From NCBI GenBank assembly GCA_002372935.1, contig DFJF01000007.1, positions 86,019 to 150,018 on the forward strand: a stretch of DNA of 64,000 bases. Reading direction: 5' to 3'. The stretch comes from Clostridiales bacterium UBA3678. GTDB taxonomy: Bacteria; Bacillota; Clostridia; TANB77; CAG-508. A program made the position numbers and the translations under genes. The notes below the pieces were generated by a model. That model was not told where the DNA came from. It did no database searches and was given only the letters and a program-made list of their open reading frames with translations. Shown here in pieces: positions 39,130-49,509 of this stretch; position 1 is the first letter of the stretch, and each line of letters starts with the position of its first letter.

Positions 39130-39738
39130 ATGAATAAATATTTAGTAAAAGATATATATACAAAATTATTAAAATTCTCTGGTGAGCCACTTTCAAGAGA
39201 AGAATTAGAAAGTATAAAAGAATTTAGTGTAAATAACTTTACATATTCTGGAGAATTAAAAGGAATAAATTTAGAAGAGCTTAAAGTATTGCCAAATTTA
39301 GAAAAACTGACACTTCAACGTTTCCAGATTAGTGATGAAGAACTTAAAGCATTGGAAAATTTAGAATCTTTAAAAGACTTATTTTTTTCAGGATGTTCAT
39401 TTAGTGCAGAAGAATTCTATGAATTTCCAAATTTAGGTAGTATTGAATTTAATATGTGCAAATATCTCCAGTTTCCAAAAATAAAACTTCCGAAAAATGT
39501 ATATATAAATTGTGCAGAAGAGGGACTAGATCTTGGAAATCTTACAAATCTTCAAAATGTTGAGTATATTACTATGAAAAACATAAAAAAAATTAAGGAC
39601 TTTAATCTTACATCTCAAATGCAAAATTTAAAGAAGTTAAATATTGATGGAAGTGATGTTGATGATAAAAAAACATTAAAAGACTTATCTAAAAAAATCC
39701 GAGTATCACATGAATCAAATTCATACCCTATAAAATAA
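39130..39738 (+). CDS. leucine-rich-repeat-like protein (hypothetical)
   Basis: Repeated LxxLxxLxL units (LPNLEKLTLQRF, LENLESLKDLFF, LTNLQNVEYITM, MQNLKKLNIDGS). Confidence 0.45.
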   Translation: MNKYLVKDIYTKLLKFSGEPLSREELESIKEFSVNNFTYSGELKGINLEELKVLPNLEKLTLQRFQISDEELKALENLESLKDLFFSGCSFSAEEFYEFPNLGSIEFNMCKYLQFPKIKLPKNVYINCAEEGLDLGNLTNLQNVEYITMKNIKKIKDFNLTSQMQNLKKLNIDGSDVDDKKTLKDLSKKIRVSHESNSYPIK

Positions 39739-39790
39739 GGTTACAGAAGAATATGATGCAACAGATTAATTTGATTAAAAGGAGACTAAA

Positions 39791-40951
39791 ATGCTAAGAA
39801 ATAAAGGAAATGGAATTCTTACCATAGACTCTATTAAAGATTTGTCAGCAGAAGATGCAAAAAAATTGAGTGCAAAATATACAAAAATACAAATTCTTTC
39901 ACAGGGGTTCGGATATGGGACAAAGAATACAAACTATGTAGGATATTACCAACAAGATCCCTATGATGTAAATGAATTTATTGCATGCAGAGAAAAGCTT
40001 GACGAACTAATAGAGAAAATTGATCCAAATTCAAGTGATTTAGAAAAATTTTCCGAAATTTATTATAGAGTATGCCAAAACATAGAATATGATTATCCTG
40101 CTGGATATCCAGATACAAGAATACAAGAAGAATACTCAAGGTTAAATAAATTTAGGAGTAGAGATTTAAGAAATGGTTTGCTAGATGGAAAAGCCATTTG
40201 CAGTGGCTATGCATATATTTTAAAGTCTGCATTGGAACTGGTTGGCATAGATGCAGTTTATGTTTGTGGACCAGTAAATGAGGATTTAAAGAAACAGAAA
40301 AATTTTTTAAATTATTACCGTAATCTAAAAAAAGATTCGCCATTGAAAAAAATATTAGAAAAAAGAGCAAATAATTCTTATAAAGAATATAATGAGGCAG
40401 AATGGCATGCATGGAATAAAGTTAAAATTGATGGTGTATGGTATAATTGTGACCCAACATGGGATAGAGAAAATATTTCAGTTGGTAAAAGCCCAGAATT
40501 TGTACTAAAATCAGATAAAAATTTTGAAAAAGATGGAAAATATTGTGAAAATGGTCCTGAATGTAAAAACAATTTTTCAAAAAATAAAATAAAAAGTACA
40601 TTCAAAAAAATTTTTAATAAATATGAAATAAACTTACTTCCAAAAAGTAAAAAATCTAAAGAAAATAATAATTCTTTTAGGGACAATATATCTATAGACC
40701 AAAGTCTAGATTTTGAAAAAACAATAATTAGAGATAAAAAATATAGAGAAGACTTTGAAAAAGATGCAGGATATACTATAAGTGAGTTAGTAAAAATGGG
40801 ATTTACTCCTGATGAGATAATTGGATTATCACCAAAAATTTTGAATAGACCAGGCAGAATCAGGGCAGCAATAGAACATAAGCAACGAGAAAAAAATAAA
40901 ACTAATAAAACAAGACAAGATGGTAAAGATGACTTTGATGAGGAAAGGTGA
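39791..40951 (+). CDS. transglutaminase-like cysteine-protease-fold protein
   Basis: Cys-His-Asp triad in the right order and spacing: GKAICSGYAY ... EAEWHAWN ... YNCDPTWD. Lys/Glu-rich C-terminal tail. Confidence 0.6.
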   Translation: MLRNKGNGILTIDSIKDLSAEDAKKLSAKYTKIQILSQGFGYGTKNTNYVGYYQQDPYDVNEFIACREKLDELIEKIDPNSSDLEKFSEIYYRVCQNIEYDYPAGYPDTRIQEEYSRLNKFRSRDLRNGLLDGKAICSGYAYILKSALELVGIDAVYVCGPVNEDLKKQKNFLNYYRNLKKDSPLKKILEKRANNSYKEYNEAEWHAWNKVKIDGVWYNCDPTWDRENISVGKSPEFVLKSDKNFEKDGKYCENGPECKNNFSKNKIKSTFKKIFNKYEINLLPKSKKSKENNNSFRDNISIDQSLDFEKTIIRDKKYREDFEKDAGYTISELVKMGFTPDEIIGLSPKILNRPGRIRAAIEHKQREKNKTNKTRQDGKDDFDEER

Positions 40952-40986
40952 AAATAAGAACTCTAAATAAGAACTTTACATAACAA

Positions 40987-41016
40987 TTGACAAAATCTAG
41001 TAATTTATGGTATAAT
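40987..41016 (+). promoter_or_regulatory. strong sigma-A promoter (TTGACA - 18 nt - TGgTATAAT)
   Basis: TTGACA at 40987-40992, TATAAT at 41011-41016, with a TG extended -10. Confidence 0.6.
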
Positions 41017-41024
41017 TAAATTAA

Positions 41025-41044
41025 TATGAACTCAAGGGTTCATA
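41025..41044. promoter_or_regulatory. 7-bp perfect inverted repeat TATGAAC-N6-GTTCATA at the transcription start region (candidate operator)
   Basis: Read directly. Lies immediately downstream of the -10. Confidence 0.4.
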
Positions 41045-41118
41045 TTTGTAAACCTCGTGTTTGCATACTTATATTCATTCTTTTTTAAGAAAAATTTTTT
41101 TTGGAGGTATTTAAAGAA

Positions 41119-41379
41119 ATGGAAAAGATTGTACATTACAATGGTGGAACTCATAATTATTATGGTGGTTCGAAGTCTATGACAAAAGTTTGTGTTGCTG
41201 CTACAAATAGTATTCCTGTAGTAGGAGAAAAGTGCTCAATGTATAAGTTAGAGTTCGTGAATGGTCAGCCTAGTCTGATGGAATGGTTGACAAGCACATT
41301 AGAAACAGTTTCCTATATGGGAAATAATGTGTATACTGTAACAACCTGTAATTATATTTACATCGTTCAAGTTGGCTAA
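41119..41379 (+). CDS. 86-aa Cys-containing orphan protein
   Basis: GGAGGT RBS 10 nt upstream. Own promoter. Followed by the hairpin ctctc-gaaag-ggagag. Confidence 0.4.
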   Translation: MEKIVHYNGGTHNYYGGSKSMTKVCVAATNSIPVVGEKCSMYKLEFVNGQPSLMEWLTSTLETVSYMGNNVYTVTTCNYIYIVQVG

Positions 41380-41592
41380 TCTTTTCAAAAAAAAGAATTA
41401 TCTTTTACTCTCTCGAAAGGGAGAGCTTTCTTTATGTTTTATTTTATAATGGTCATCTTTAAAATATGAATTAGTGCGAAACAATACACTAAATATAAAA
41501 AATCTATAAAATTACTTGCTTTTTTTCAATAAAATGATATAATGAAGAAAAAAATTGCAAGAAACAAAAACTTGTAAAAAAGGAGGATAAAA

Positions 41593-41730
41593 ATGAAATA
41601 TAAATGTGGAGTATGTGGATATATTTATGATGAGGAAGTTGAAAAAGTAAAATTTGAAGATTTACCAGATGATTGGGTTTGCCCACTATGTGGAGTAGGA
41701 AAAGAAATGTTTGAAAAGGTTGAGGAATAA
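41593..41730 (+). CDS. rd: rubredoxin
   Basis: Not in the ORF track because it is under 60 aa. aaggaggataaaaATG RBS. Translates [45 protein letters not shown] with the two CxxCG iron-binding knuckles. Confidence 0.85.
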   Translation: MKYKCGVCGYIYDEEVEKVKFEDLPDDWVCPLCGVGKEMFEKVEE

Positions 41731-41765
41731 ATTTTTTTGTGTAAAAACAGAGGGGAATAATAGAA

Positions 41766-42965
41766 ATGCAATGTACAAGAAAAATAGAAGAAGACCTTTA
41801 TTGGATAGGTTCAGAGAAAAGAAATTATAGTTTATTTGAAAACATATTGCCAATACACGGAGTATCTTATAATTCATATTTACTATTAGATGAAAAAACT
41901 GTCTTATTAGATACTGTTGATCATTCAGTAAGTAAGCAGTTCTTAGAAAATTTAGAATATAAATTAGATGGTGAAAAAATAGATTACTTAATCGTAAATC
42001 ATATGGAACCAGACCATTCTTCTGTAATCGAAGAAGTGATATTAAGATATCCTGATGTAAAAATTATTGGAAATATGCAAACAGCAAAAATGCTAAAACA
42101 ATTCTTTGATTTTGATGTAGATTCAAAAATGCAAATTGTAAAAGATGGAGAAATATTATCTACAGGAAAACATAATTTAAAATTTGTATTTGCGCCAATG
42201 GTACATTGGCCAGAGGTAATGTTTACTTATGATGAAACATCAAAAATACTATTTTCAGCTGATGCATTTGGAACATTTGGTGCTTTAAATGGAAATTTAT
42301 TTAATGATGATTTAGATTTTGAAAAAACATATCTAAATAAAGCAAGAAGATATTATGCAAATATTGTTGGAAAATATGGAATGCAAGTTCAAAATGCATT
42401 AAAAAAGTTAGAGGGAACAGAAATAAACAAAATTTGCCCATTACATGGACCAATTTGGAGAAATAATCTATCATATATTTTAGAAAAATATGAGAAATGG
42501 AGCAAATACGAGCCAGAAGATAACTCAGTTGTTATAATTTATTCTTCTGTTTATGGAAATACAGAAAATGTTGCGAATGTTTTAGCCAATAAATTGAGTC
42601 AAAAAGAAATTAAAAATATAAAAGTATATGATGCCTCAAATACAGATGTATCAATACTTGTTTCAGAAAGCTTTAGATGTAGTAATATTGCAATAATTTC
42701 TACAACATATAATATGGAGGTATTTCCTAAAATTGCAGAATATATTGATCATATAAGAAGAATGAATTTACAAAATAGAACAATATCTATAATTGAAAAT
42801 GCAACATGGGCACCAGGAATTTCAAAATCTATAAAAGACCAGATTTCTCAAATGAAAAATATGAAAATTTTAGAAGAAACATTATCAATTAAGTCTTCGA
42901 TAAAATATGAGCAAGAAGAAAAATTAAATAAAATAGTGGAGGATATTGCAACTGATTTAAAATAA
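41766..42965 (+). CDS. flavodiiron protein (rubredoxin:oxygen/NO oxidoreductase; MBL plus flavodoxin domains)
   Basis: HMEPDHSS diiron motif. C-terminal flavodoxin-like domain. Directly downstream of the rubredoxin gene. Confidence 0.85.
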   Translation: MQCTRKIEEDLYWIGSEKRNYSLFENILPIHGVSYNSYLLLDEKTVLLDTVDHSVSKQFLENLEYKLDGEKIDYLIVNHMEPDHSSVIEEVILRYPDVKIIGNMQTAKMLKQFFDFDVDSKMQIVKDGEILSTGKHNLKFVFAPMVHWPEVMFTYDETSKILFSADAFGTFGALNGNLFNDDLDFEKTYLNKARRYYANIVGKYGMQVQNALKKLEGTEINKICPLHGPIWRNNLSYILEKYEKWSKYEPEDNSVVIIYSSVYGNTENVANVLANKLSQKEIKNIKVYDASNTDVSILVSESFRCSNIAIISTTYNMEVFPKIAEYIDHIRRMNLQNRTISIIENATWAPGISKSIKDQISQMKNMKILEETLSIKSSIKYEQEEKLNKIVEDIATDLK

Positions 42966-43009
42966 AGTTCTTTTATAAAGACACATAAAAATATAAGGAG
43001 GAGTTGAAA

Positions 43010-43555
43010 ATGGATTATATAAAAAAAATATTTGAAAAAAGTGGATGGCTTTCAATACTAGAATCAATAATATTTGCAATACTTGGAGTAATTGTAATTG
43101 CAAATCCTGAAGGAACAGTTAAATTTATTTCTTATGTGTTAGGAATAATATTTATCACTGTAGGAATTTATAAAACATGTAATTATTTAGCAGCAAAGGG
43201 GAAATATGATTTTTACAATTATGATTTAATATATGGAATTATAGCTATAATTATTGGTATTGTAACTATAATATATAGTTCAGCGATTGGGTCTGTATTT
43301 AGAGTTATAATCGGAATTTGGATTATATATAGTTCACTTATTAGAATTGGATTATCAATGAAATTAAAAGTTCAGGAATTTGCTGTTTGGGGATACAGCC
43401 TAGTATTAGCATTGATAATGCTTGCTTGTGGACTATATATTACACTACAACCAGGTGCAGTTGTTGTAACAATTGGTGTTATGATGATAATATCATCTAT
43501 AATAGATATAATAGAAGATATTATATTTATGAAAAATGTTAAGGAAATATTTTAA
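43010..43555 (+). CDS. HdeD/DUF308-family membrane protein
   Basis: Six hydrophobic helices with repeated GxxxIxxGI pattern. ATG is 8 nt after an AAGGAGG RBS. Confidence 0.55.
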   Translation: MDYIKKIFEKSGWLSILESIIFAILGVIVIANPEGTVKFISYVLGIIFITVGIYKTCNYLAAKGKYDFYNYDLIYGIIAIIIGIVTIIYSSAIGSVFRVIIGIWIIYSSLIRIGLSMKLKVQEFAVWGYSLVLALIMLACGLYITLQPGAVVVTIGVMMIISSIIDIIEDIIFMKNVKEIF

Positions 43556-43577
43556 AATTATGTAGGAGGATTTATAA

Positions 43578-44300
43578 ATGTCAGGACATAGTAAATGGAA
43601 CAATATACAAGCAAGAAAAGGAAAGGTAGATGCAGCCAGAGGAAAGATATTTACAAAATTAGGAAGAGAATTATTAGTTGCTGTAAAAGCAGGAGGCCCA
43701 GACCCAGAAGGAAATTCGACATTAAAAGCAGTTATAGCCAAATGCAAAGCAGCAAATATGCCAAATGATACAATAAATAATGCGATAAAAAAAGCATCTG
43801 GAGAAGGAAATACAGCAAATTATGATGAAATAACATATGAGGGTTATGGACCAAATGGTGTTGCTATAATTGTAGAAGCAAGCACAGATAACAAAAATAG
43901 AACAGCAGCAGAAGTAAGACATGCTTTTGACAAATCTGGAGGTAATCTTGGTACAACTGGTTGTGTGTCATATATGTTTAGCAAAAAAGGTGTAATTGTA
44001 ATTGAAAAAGAAAATTGCCCAATAGATGAAGAAGAATTAATGATGATTGCATTAGATAGTGGAGCAGAAGATTTTAAGACTTCGGATGAAGTTTATCAAA
44101 TTATTACAGCACCAAGCGATTTTGCTAATGTTTCAGACAAGTTACAATCAGAGGGTGTAGAATTTTTAGAAGCATCAGTACAAATGGTACCTTCAACAAC
44201 AATATCATTAGATGATTCATCAGCAGAAAAAATGGAAAGAATGATTGAAAGACTTGAAGACTTAGATGATGTTATGAATGTATACCATAATTGGGAATAA
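43578..44300 (+). CDS. yebC: YebC/PmpR-family transcriptional regulator
   Basis: [15 protein letters not shown]... canonical N-terminus. 240 aa. Confidence 0.9.
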   Translation: MSGHSKWNNIQARKGKVDAARGKIFTKLGRELLVAVKAGGPDPEGNSTLKAVIAKCKAANMPNDTINNAIKKASGEGNTANYDEITYEGYGPNGVAIIVEASTDNKNRTAAEVRHAFDKSGGNLGTTGCVSYMFSKKGVIVIEKENCPIDEEELMMIALDSGAEDFKTSDEVYQIITAPSDFANVSDKLQSEGVEFLEASVQMVPSTTISLDDSSAEKMERMIERLEDLDDVMNVYHNWE

Positions 44301-44320
44301 AATAAACAACGGGGGATAAA

Positions 44321-45961
44321 ATGAAGAAAAAAAAATTAATAATTTTACTTATTATTATAGTATTAGTCATATCAATTACTGGAGGAGTATTAGCATATTT
44401 ATATTTTTTTACAGATAGTTTAAGGTCTAATAAAGAGACTTTTTTCAAATATGCTTTAGAAAATGAAAAAATTTTAGATATATTTAATAGTGATACATTA
44501 GAAAATTATGCATCAAAACAAAAAAGCAATTCATATACATCAGAAGGAACTATAAAGACAAATGTTACTTTAGAAAATGTAACAGATGCAGAAAATGATA
44601 ACAATATAGTTTCAAGCCTACAAAATTGTAATATTACATATACTGGTAAAACTGACAAGCCAAATAACTATATATATAGAAATATAAAAGCCAATTATAC
44701 AGATATGGAATCTTTAAATTTTGAATTTATAGGAAAAAATGATGTATGTGCAGTAAAATTAAATGATGCTTATGATAAATTTATTGGAGTTGAAAATACT
44801 AATTTAAAAGAATTAGAAGAAAAGTTGGAATCTGAAGAAAGTGAACTGTTTTATTTAAGCAATATTTTTTCTTTAATACCAAATCAAATAAAAACAGAAA
44901 ATCTTTCTTCATATATTACATTATTTACTGATGAGCAATTAGAACAAGAAAAGGAAAAATATTTTCAATTAATATTAGATAATATAACAGAGGATATGGT
45001 TAGTAAAGAAAAATCTGATGATTACACTGTTTATACATTATCATTAACAGAAGAACAGATTTCAAATATAAAAGACAAAATTTTTGAGGAAATGAAAAAT
45101 GATGAAGTATTAAAAAGTGTACTAAAAAATTATATGGTTAACAACTTAGAAATGTCAGAAGAAGAAGCTAATAATTATATATCCAAGATTAGCCAAAGTG
45201 CCGATAGTAAAAAAACAACTTCACAATCACTACAATTAAAGGTTTATGTCCAAAAAAGAAATTTAGCAAAAAGTGAAATTATAGTAAATGATATTTATCC
45301 TTCAAGTGAAACATCAAATACAAAAACATATACTATTACAAAATCTGACAATAATGTTAAATTAGATTTTAATTCTACAGGTGGATCTTCTAGTAAATCG
45401 TCATCTTTTTATATGCAAAAAATTGAATCTTCTAGTGATGTAAAATATGATATCATTTACTCATATAATGAAAAGCAAGTATATGAATATATTATGGAAT
45501 TCAGTGGCTTAGATGGTAATCAAGTTCAAGAGAATTCTGAATTAGATTTAACATATAATTCAACAAAATATGTTTGTAAATATACAAATAATAAAACATT
45601 TGGAGCTAACTTTACTGAAGATGATGTAAATAACAATAATATAATGTTGTTAAATACAGCACCTAATTCAGATTCGATTCAAAGTTTATTTGCTTATATA
45701 TCAGAAAATTTTGAAAAGGCAAATAAAGAAAAGATGAATAATGCTAAAATTTCTGAAGGTAAAAATCCTTTTGTATATTATATACCTGCTGTAGTTCCTG
45801 TAGCTATTACAGGACTTATATCATCATCTGAAAATTCAAAAATGATACTACCTACAACATTTGTTTTAACATGTGGTATGCAAATTATGAATTTAACAAA
45901 TAGTTCTATTAATTCAATTAATTCAAGCCCTAATTATTTTGAGGGCTCAGATGGTTTTTAG
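44321..45961 (+). CDS. membrane-anchored hypothetical protein (546 aa, large extracytoplasmic domain)
   Basis: N-terminal TM (LIILLIIIVLVISITGGVLAYLYFF). Asn/Ser/Thr-rich. No family recognised. Confidence 0.45.
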   Translation: MKKKKLIILLIIIVLVISITGGVLAYLYFFTDSLRSNKETFFKYALENEKILDIFNSDTLENYASKQKSNSYTSEGTIKTNVTLENVTDAENDNNIVSSLQNCNITYTGKTDKPNNYIYRNIKANYTDMESLNFEFIGKNDVCAVKLNDAYDKFIGVENTNLKELEEKLESEESELFYLSNIFSLIPNQIKTENLSSYITLFTDEQLEQEKEKYFQLILDNITEDMVSKEKSDDYTVYTLSLTEEQISNIKDKIFEEMKNDEVLKSVLKNYMVNNLEMSEEEANNYISKISQSADSKKTTSQSLQLKVYVQKRNLAKSEIIVNDIYPSSETSNTKTYTITKSDNNVKLDFNSTGGSSSKSSSFYMQKIESSSDVKYDIIYSYNEKQVYEYIMEFSGLDGNQVQENSELDLTYNSTKYVCKYTNNKTFGANFTEDDVNNNNIMLLNTAPNSDSIQSLFAYISENFEKANKEKMNNAKISEGKNPFVYYIPAVVPVAITGLISSSENSKMILPTTFVLTCGMQIMNLTNSSINSINSSPNYFEGSDGF

Positions 45962-46114
45962 ACAAATGATAAAAAAGTTTGCAGGGTTCTGTAACGAAAA
46001 AAGTTCTAAATAAAAATAAAGAGCATATAATATAATTAAAGTTATACTATGTGCTTTTTTTGTGCTTGTATTTAAATAAAATTTATGTATATTTGCAAAG
46101 GAATGTGATTAAAA

Positions 46115-47011
46115 GTGGATGTTGTTTTAGAATATTTAGCTAAAGAGATAAAATTAGAAATTCAAAAATATATAAAAAGTTTCAATGAAAATATAGAAGA
46201 AATAAGGTTAAGAAATAATAGACCAATTGTAATTAGGACAAGCTTCAGAAATATAATTTTAGAACATATTGTAAAAACAGAGGAATTATTAGAAACTTTT
46301 CAAAATATATGTGAACATTCAATATATTCATACCAAAAACAAATATGTGAAGGATTTATTACAATAAAAGGAGGACATAGAGTTGGAATAACAGGAAATT
46401 GTGCAATAGAAGATGGAAAAATAATAAATATAAATTACATATCTAGTTTAAATTTTAGAATTGCAAAAGAGAAAAAGGGATGCTCAAATAAAATTATAAA
46501 TTACATAATTAATAATGGTGAAATATTAAACACATTAATTATTTCAAGACCTGGATGTGGAAAGACCACTATGTTAAGAGATTTAGTAAGAAACATAAGT
46601 AGTGGTGTAAGTCAATATAATTTAAATCCAAAAACTTGTGGGGTTGTTGATGAAAGAGGAGAAATAGCATCAATGTATAAGGGAATACCGCAAAATGATG
46701 TAGGAATATTAAGTGATGTAATAGATAATGTTTCAAAATATGATGGTATGAAAATGCTTGTAAGATCTATGGCTCCAGATGTAATAATTTGTGATGAAAT
46801 AGGAAGCAAAGAAGATGTAGAGGCAATTGAATATGCAATGTGTAGTGGTGTAAAAGGTATATTTACTGCACATGGAAATAGTTTGGAGGATTTGCTTAAT
46901 AATAGTGAAATAAGAAGTTTAATTGAAAAACATTTAATAAAATTAGTTATAGTTCTTGATGAAAAAAAACTTGGAGAGATTAAAAATATTTATAAATTAG
47001 ATAAAGAATAG
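46115..47011 (+). CDS. spoIIIAA: stage III sporulation protein AA (ATPase)
   Basis: Walker A RPGCGKTT. First gene of a complete spoIIIA operon. Confidence 0.8.
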   Translation: MDVVLEYLAKEIKLEIQKYIKSFNENIEEIRLRNNRPIVIRTSFRNIILEHIVKTEELLETFQNICEHSIYSYQKQICEGFITIKGGHRVGITGNCAIEDGKIININYISSLNFRIAKEKKGCSNKIINYIINNGEILNTLIISRPGCGKTTMLRDLVRNISSGVSQYNLNPKTCGVVDERGEIASMYKGIPQNDVGILSDVIDNVSKYDGMKMLVRSMAPDVIICDEIGSKEDVEAIEYAMCSGVKGIFTAHGNSLEDLLNNSEIRSLIEKHLIKLVIVLDEKKLGEIKNIYKLDKE

Positions 47012-47053
47012 TTCTATTTATTTTTTTGAAGAATATAATATAGTAATTAGGTT

Positions 47054-47591
47054 TTGGAAAGGACAAGTTTTATGTTATTTTTTAAATATCTTTTTTTAAC
47101 AGGCATATTTATATCAGCAGTTATAATTGGGAGATTGCTTTCAAGAAAGTACAAAAATAGAGCAAAAGAATTAAAGGAATTTAAAGAGGTTTTAAATGTT
47201 TTAGAAACTAAAATAAAATTTACATATGAGCCACTAGGAGAGATTTTAAGTGATATTTCTAAAATGATAAAAAATAAAAATATTTGTGAACTATTAGATG
47301 AGACAACTAATAATCTAAGACAAAATAATTTTACTATTGCATGGAATAATAGTATAAATTCAATGTCATCTACACTTAGCTTGAATGAGGAAGATTTGAG
47401 TATAATTAGAAGTTTGGGAAATATGCTTCGGAAAAACTGATGTGAATGGACAAATAAGCGAGATAGAAATGACAATGGATTTTTTAGATACTCAAATACA
47501 AGATGCAGAACAAGAATGCAAGAAAAATGAAAAAATGTACAAAACACTTGGTACAATAGTTGGATTAGCAATAATTATTATATTAATTTAA
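47054..47591 (+). CDS. spoIIIAB: stage III sporulation protein AB, split by a +1 insertion in an A-run at 47433-47437
   Basis: Frame 1 ends ...LGNMLRKN*. The +1 frame continues ...TDVNGQISEIEMTMDFLDTQIQDAEQECKKNEKMYKTLGTIVGLAIIIILI*. A5 to A4 restores one approximately 178-aa protein. Confidence 0.7.
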
Positions 47592-47616
47592 TTAGTTGAA
47601 ATTGATGGAGGTCAAG

Positions 47617-47811
47617 ATGAATATCGATTTACTTTTTAAAATAGCAGCAATAGGTATTTTAGTAGCTGTTTTACATCAAGTTCTTTGTAGGGCTGGAAGG
47701 GAAGAACAGGCAATGATGACAACATTAGCAGGATTAGTTATTGTGCTTACATTAGTTGTTAAAGAAATAAGCAATTTGTTTAATACAATTAGAACAATAT
47801 TTAATATATGA
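47617..47811 (+). CDS. spoIIIAC: stage III sporulation protein AC
   Basis: 64 aa with two TM helices, MNIDLLFKIAAIGILVAVL... The ORF-track start at 47596 lies further upstream. Confidence 0.7.
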   Translation: MNIDLLFKIAAIGILVAVLHQVLCRAGREEQAMMTTLAGLVIVLTLVVKEISNLFNTIRTIFNI

Positions 47812-47841
47812 ATTCAGTATAAGCACGAAAGGAAAAACAAA

Positions 47842-48228
47842 ATGGATACAATTATAAAAATTACTGGAATAGGATTTGTTGGATTAATTTTTATTATTAT
47901 AATAAAACAATATAAACCTGAATTTGCATTATATATTTCTATGCTTTCTGGAATAATAATTTTATTTTTAGTGATGGACAAGTTTAGAGAAATTATAGAG
48001 CTTTTAAGAACAATAAGTAATAAATCAGGCGTTAACAGTCAATTTTTAGGTTTATTGCTAAAAATGACTGGAATTGCGTTTTTGGCAGAATTTGCAATAA
48101 ATATCTGCAAAGATGCAGGTGAAGGTGCACTTGCTAGCAAAGTAGAGATAGGAAGCAAGATAATTGTAGTTTCTATGTCAATCCCTATAATCTCAAGTTT
48201 ATTGCAGGTTATTTTAAAATTGATATAA
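47842..48228 (+). CDS. spoIIIAD: stage III sporulation protein AD
   Basis: 128-aa polytopic protein in the conserved operon position. Confidence 0.75.
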   Translation: MDTIIKITGIGFVGLIFIIIIKQYKPEFALYISMLSGIIILFLVMDKFREIIELLRTISNKSGVNSQFLGLLLKMTGIAFLAEFAINICKDAGEGALASKVEIGSKIIVVSMSIPIISSLLQVILKLI

Positions 48229-48330
48229 CTTTGTTGCCATTTATAAATTTAAGTTTTAAAAAAAATTATCCAGCACAGACCTCAATTGTACTTGTTTATA
48301 AATAGCAAAAAAGTATTAATAAATGGAGGA

Positions 48331-49497
48331 ATGTTAAATGTGAATAAAAAATTCTGGTGTACATTAATAATATTATTAATTTGGTTTACTATAAAAGCAC
48401 CTGTTTATGCAAGCAATTTAGATGAAGAAATAATTAATGACACACAAAAAAGTTTTGGAATAAGCGATTTTCTAGAAGAAACCAAAAAATATACAGGAAA
48501 TTTTTTTGAAGATGTAAATATAGAAGATATGCTAGATTCAGCTATTACTGGAAATATTGATAATAGTACGATTTTTAAAAAAATTTTAAATCTATTTGGA
48601 AAAGAATTAGTATCAAGTATGAAAACATTGGTTGGTATTTTAGTTATAGTTTTAGTTCATAGCATTTTAAAAGCAATATCAGAAGGGTTTGAAAATGATA
48701 GCATTTCAAGGATTATTTATTATGTACAATACATATTAATCATTACATTAATAATGAACAATTTTTCGAGTTTAATTTCAAATATCAATAATACAATAAA
48801 TAACTTAACGGGATTTACAAATTGCTTGATTCCACTTTTGACAACACTTATGGTATATACAGGTAGTATAACAACAAGTAGTCTGTTAGAACCAATAATA
48901 TTATTTGTAGTAGATTTTATAGGAAATATTATAGGAGCATTAGTTTTGCCAGCTGTTTCTATAATTGTAGCATTAATAATAGTTTCTAAAATTTCAGATA
49001 AAATTCAAATAGTAAGATTAGCAGATTTTATGAAATCATCTATAGGATGGTTTTTAGGTATAATTTTGACTATTTTTGTAGGAGTAATATCACTCGAGGG
49101 AACTTTGACAAGTAGTGTAGATGGAATTACAGCAAAGACAGCAAAAGCTGCTATATCAAGCCTTATTCCGGTGGTAGGAAAAGTATTAGGAGATTCTGTG
49201 GATAGTGTGCTAGGCTGTGGAATAGTTTTAAAAAATGCAGTTGGTGTAGTTGGAGTGGTTATAATAATTGGAATATGTATTGTCCCTATTATTAAACTTG
49301 CAACTTTGTCAATTCTATATTCAATTTCTTCAGCTATTATTGAACCAATAGCAGATGAAAAAATAGTAAGGCTATTAGGAGAATTTAGCAGTATTTTTAA
49401 ATTACTTCTTGGAATTTTATGTTCTGTTTCAGTATTATTTATTATTGGAATAACCCTTGTTATAAAGATTTCTAATAGTGGAATGATGTATAGATAG
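48331..49497 (+). CDS. spoIIIAE: stage III sporulation protein AE
   Basis: Signal peptide followed by a multi-TM core. Start is ambiguous: ATG 48331 is only 1 nt after the GGAGGA RBS, while GTG 48340 is 9 nt after it and has better spacing. Confidence 0.75.
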   Translation: MLNVNKKFWCTLIILLIWFTIKAPVYASNLDEEIINDTQKSFGISDFLEETKKYTGNFFEDVNIEDMLDSAITGNIDNSTIFKKILNLFGKELVSSMKTLVGILVIVLVHSILKAISEGFENDSISRIIYYVQYILIITLIMNNFSSLISNINNTINNLTGFTNCLIPLLTTLMVYTGSITTSSLLEPIILFVVDFIGNIIGALVLPAVSIIVALIIVSKISDKIQIVRLADFMKSSIGWFLGIILTIFVGVISLEGTLTSSVDGITAKTAKAAISSLIPVVGKVLGDSVDSVLGCGIVLKNAVGVVGVVIIIGICIVPIIKLATLSILYSISSAIIEPIADEKIVRLLGEFSSIFKLLLGILCSVSVLFIIGITLVIKISNSGMMYR

Positions 49498-49509
49498 GAA
49501 AGATTTTAA

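Noticed and set aside
41119-41150. Double-glycine leader (MEKIVHYNGG) suggesting a class II bacteriocin precursor
   Set aside because: The putative leader is only 10 aa and lacks the conserved L/E/I leader pattern. No C39-peptidase ABC transporter or immunity gene is adjacent.
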